Of a stretch of 53,150 bases of DNA, positions 49,546 to 53,150 are shown one piece after another. The notes under the pieces are model-generated. The model was not told the DNA's origin. It saw only the letters and a list, made by a program, of their open reading frames with translations, and ran no database searches. The first letter of the stretch is position 1. The number at the start of each line of letters is the position of its first letter. This DNA comes from Octopus bimaculoides. Lineage: Eukaryota. A program made the position numbers and the translations under genes. Where the stretch lies: the NCBI RefSeq assembly GCF_001194135.2, contig NC_068983.1, forward strand, positions 61,761,223-61,814,372. Direction: 5' to 3'.

Positions 49546-49743
49546 TGCAACAGCCGGTTCTTTTGGTCAAATTATCGTATCTCCAGCTGCTTCAGAGGCC
49601 AAGATATCAAAAAATTTCCAACTGTAGTACAACGGTTTTGCTATGGAATGGTGAAACTATTTCTTCATTTTCTGAAAAAGCAACCTTTTGGACTCCCGAC
49701 ACTTTTGCATGAGCAACGATATGATTTTGTATATTGTAATAAG
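49546..49743 (+). CDS. Candidate internal coding exon of an unidentified host gene (5' end lost in gap); alternatively a LINE relic
   Basis: 66 open codons CNSRFFWSNYRISSCFRGQDIKKFPTVVQRFCYGMVKLFLHFLKKQPFGLPTLLHEQRYDFVYCNK ending at a consensus donor AAG|GTAAGC (phase 0). No protein family recognised. Confidence 0.35.
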
Positions 49744-50199
49744 GTAAGCAAGGTCCACTTTCTATTTTTAATTGTTGGAAAATGCTTGTAAAAGTTTATG
49801 ATTAGCTATTAAGTCACTGTTATTTTGTCCATTTTTAGGAGATTCCTTATCCTGTTTAACTTCAAAACTTAACCGCTCCATATCTTTCTTTACATATTTA
49901 TAACACGCTGTTCTACCTTAATTCAATCGCTCTGTTTTTCTTCTCTCACTTAGTTACTTTTCCTTCACTCCCATAGATCTCTGATTTGCACAGACACACT
50001 CACTCTCACTCTCTTTTTTTCTCTTTTTCTGTATTGTTCTTTCTGCTCTGCATCCTTGACATGACCTGTTGTTCAGTAACTACTGCGATACATTGTGCAT
50101 CACAAAGTTCTTTCCAGAAAGACCAACTAACAATTGTTTAACGCTTCACTGAGGTGCATCAAAGTTTAACCATTCTGCCTGCCTGATGTTCCAATTTCT

Positions 50200-50345
50200 C
50201 TCTCCTTTTACTGCTCGCCTCTCTCTTTCTCTCTATTTCACGCACATATGCACACACTCTCTCACCTTCTCTCTCACACACACACTCTCTCTTTCTCTCT
50301 CGCTTTCTCTCTTTCTCTCTCGCTTTCTCTCTTTCTTTCTTTCTT
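50200..50345. repeat. CT-rich low-complexity tract
   Basis: Directly visible. Confidence 0.8.
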
Positions 50346-51045
50346 CCTGCATCCTCTTTCATCAATATAGGATATATGTTACTAAATACCTCTTACTGAG
50401 GAACGGCGATAGATTCACTAAAGTCAATCAATTCTGTTTCTTTTTTAAGAGAATGCTAACTATATTCGGCATATATGTGTTTTCTTTGAACAGTTACCGT
50501 ACCTGGCATGTGTTTCCTTTTGTGCGTGCGGTTATATGTTACTAATCTATGTATTATCGGTCATTGTGTAAATATATAAGTAGGAATATATGTAGTGTCT
50601 ACGAAATAATGTTAATATAAAATATTTGGAGCGGAACCATAATATCTGTGGGAGGATAACAATTTAAATATGTGTCAGAGTGCAAAAACATGTATATGCG
50701 CTTTTGAGTATAAACACTTTTCGACTTATTTGTGGGATATGTGTATGTTTCAAAAGTTAAACAGTTATATGTGAGCGTGGTGAATATATATACATACATG
50801 ATATGTGTGTGTGTGTATGTATGTATGTATGTATGTATGTATTATGTAAGTATGTATGTGTTTATGTATGTATGTATAAGGCGTGTATGTGTGTGTAGGT
50901 TTTATAGTGCGCATTCAGGTAGAATTATTTACATTTGTTTAAATGTTGCTGTGGATATGTATGCGTAGATTACGTTTTGAGTAATGTCCTGCATACAGAT
51001 TTACATGTACGTATATCTATATTTGTGGTGTGTGTGATTACGTGT

Positions 51046-51094
<49 letters not shown>

Positions 51095-52640
51095 TGTGTC
51101 TGTGTGTAAACATATTTGTGTTGACTATATGTTTGATTTCATTTATAGTTTTACACTCACATTTCCAAAGTGATTTGGTATTGGAAATCGATAGAGAAGC
51201 CTTACTTTAACGATAGAATGGTTTGATCAATTCCATTATTTGATTTGCATTTTATTTTTACATTTCTTTTTGTATGAAAGAAGAACTTAGAAACCTAATA
51301 AATAAAACAGCCATCAAGGAACTTGGAATATTGAATTTTGATTATTTTGGAATTTGAAGTAACATTTACAGATCTATTTAGACGTCGGAACGTGGGGGAA
51401 TCCATTTTTATCCGAATACTATCCTCACGTATGCAGCAACGCCATAATTAAAGTGCTTCTATTAGAATATTCTAGAATTTTTTTTCCATATCAGTTGATT
51501 TAAGGCTGTTAACATATTGTAAACTCTTTTTTTTTCTTTCTTTTTATAGGATTACTTTGACTGAAAATTAGATTTGTGCGTTATCAACTTCCATATGACA
51601 ACGCATAAAAATTATATCGGAACTGCAGGCTAAATGAATTGTTTTACAACCAGAAATATGCTAAGTTATTGAAATAAAAACAAGAGATATTACTTAAATC
51701 TATAAATGTGTTTACTTTTAAGCTATGATTATTCTATTATTTTCAGAGAACATATTCTATATATTGATTGTAAACGTAGACGTCGCCTAGAGAGGCTATA
51801 AAATGAGGAAAATTCAAATTTCGATAAATAGTGTTTCTGTACCCCCAAGATTCAATAAGAACACCAGTACCTATAGTTTTCAAAATTTCTCTCTAAATTT
51901 GACGACAGTGCACAGCAAAATATACATGGTGTACCCATCTACATCCTTCTTATTCGTTTTATTTATACATCTCCCATAGTCTGAAGAGATATGTGGCCAT
52001 GCGCTATTGCAGGGTGTCGCTGCATCCGTACAAAACTTATATCGTCATTTCTTTTTTAAGTCTTTCACTGTGTTTCCTTTTCAATTGGTAATCTCGACAA
52101 TTCAAAGTGAATTTGAAATATTTTGACAGCAAATACATATATAAACTCATGTTGATATCTCCACCCTATTCATGAACTACAGAAATATCAAAGAAAAGCG
52201 TCAGAAATCAGCCTCTGAACACATAAAACAGCTTAGCTAATAGGAGTCAACTGAATATTTATAGTCAATTCATTCTAAGGCTACAGATTCTTATCTTTGA
52301 TTGTAGATGCACAGTTATTGGTGCATTTCAGAATTATCATTCATTTAAGTTTAAGAAGCAACTTCGAAAAAACCAGAAGTTCTGGAGAAGCTATTTCGTG
52401 TTAGTTCTATAAAGCTACAATTGAAAATACAATACAAAAAGTATGCAACATAATTTGTAAATAAAACACATTGAGTAGGTTATTTAAATTGCATTGGAGG
52501 GTGCAAAGTAAGAATTTGTTAGTTGAAAATATTTCTTCCAATGACAAGTAGAGCGTATGCGCATGTGTTCCAGTGTGCGCGTATATGTATTACTTATGTA
52601 TGCGCGTGAATATATTTTAGATCTTTCTTTCTCTTCTCAC

Positions 52641-52801
52641 AGTATTTGGACTGCGGCCATGCTGGGGGCACCGCACTGAAGATTTTAAAGCCTTGGACTT
52701 ATTGTAATGGTCTCTTTTTACAGAAGCATTACGTTAAGGTGACGTAAACAAAACAAGCGGTAGTGGCGGTGGTGGTGGTGGTAGTGGACAGAGATGCAAA
52801 A

Positions 52802-52851
<50 letters not shown>

Positions 52852-52878
52852 GTGTGTGTGTCTATGTGTATAGATAGG

Positions 52879-52936
<58 letters not shown>

Positions 52937-53117
52937 CATAGATAGAAAGATAGATAGATATACACACACAACTACTTTCAGTTTAAGCCTGCCAAATCCA
53001 CTCTCAAGGTTTTGGTTGGTCCAGGGTTATAGTAGAAGGATCTAGTCCAAGAACTGAATCCCTGAATCATGTGCTTGGAAAGCAATCTTCTTACCACACA
53101 AACACAAGCACACGCCT
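52641..53117 (-). mobile_element. SINE family B, degenerate, with internal (CA)n and (GATA)n expansions
   Basis: Tail ggactgcggccatgctgggggcaccgc at 52648; head tttcagttt...ccaaatccactc.caagg...tatagtagaag...cttaccacaca at 52975-53117. Confidence 0.75.
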
Positions 53118-53118
53118 G

Positions 53119-53150
<32 letters not shown>

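Overview
Eukaryotic, AT-rich, repeat-saturated draft-assembly sequence with 15 N-gaps, most of them abutting a microsatellite. The SINE families and microsatellite load look like a coleoid cephalopod, most likely Octopus (inference from remembered repeat consensus sequences, not a database search). It reads as intronic or intergenic DNA. No intact host gene, rRNA, tRNA or CRISPR array is visible, and almost all ORF-track entries are microsatellite, N-run or antisense artefacts. The recognisable content is decayed mobile elements: a Chapaev3-type DNA transposon, two mariner fragments, six R4/Dong LINE pieces (four stacked head-to-tail at 36.8-40.3 kb), a Tx1/L1 3' end, an RTE 3' end carrying three C2H2 fingers, Jockey/CR1-like RT relics, Penelope-like elements (PLEs) of at least two types with hammerhead-like motifs, and about 16 tRNA-derived SINE copies or fragments from three families. 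One possible host exon lies at 49546-49743. The most unusual structures are the triple-zinc-finger RTE tail, the PLE with a direct terminal repeat and hammerhead core, the Dong stack, a fold-back element enclosing TTAGGG-like repeats, and an internally inverted mariner. I found no clear evidence of a wholly new biological system. All alignments and identities were judged by eye.
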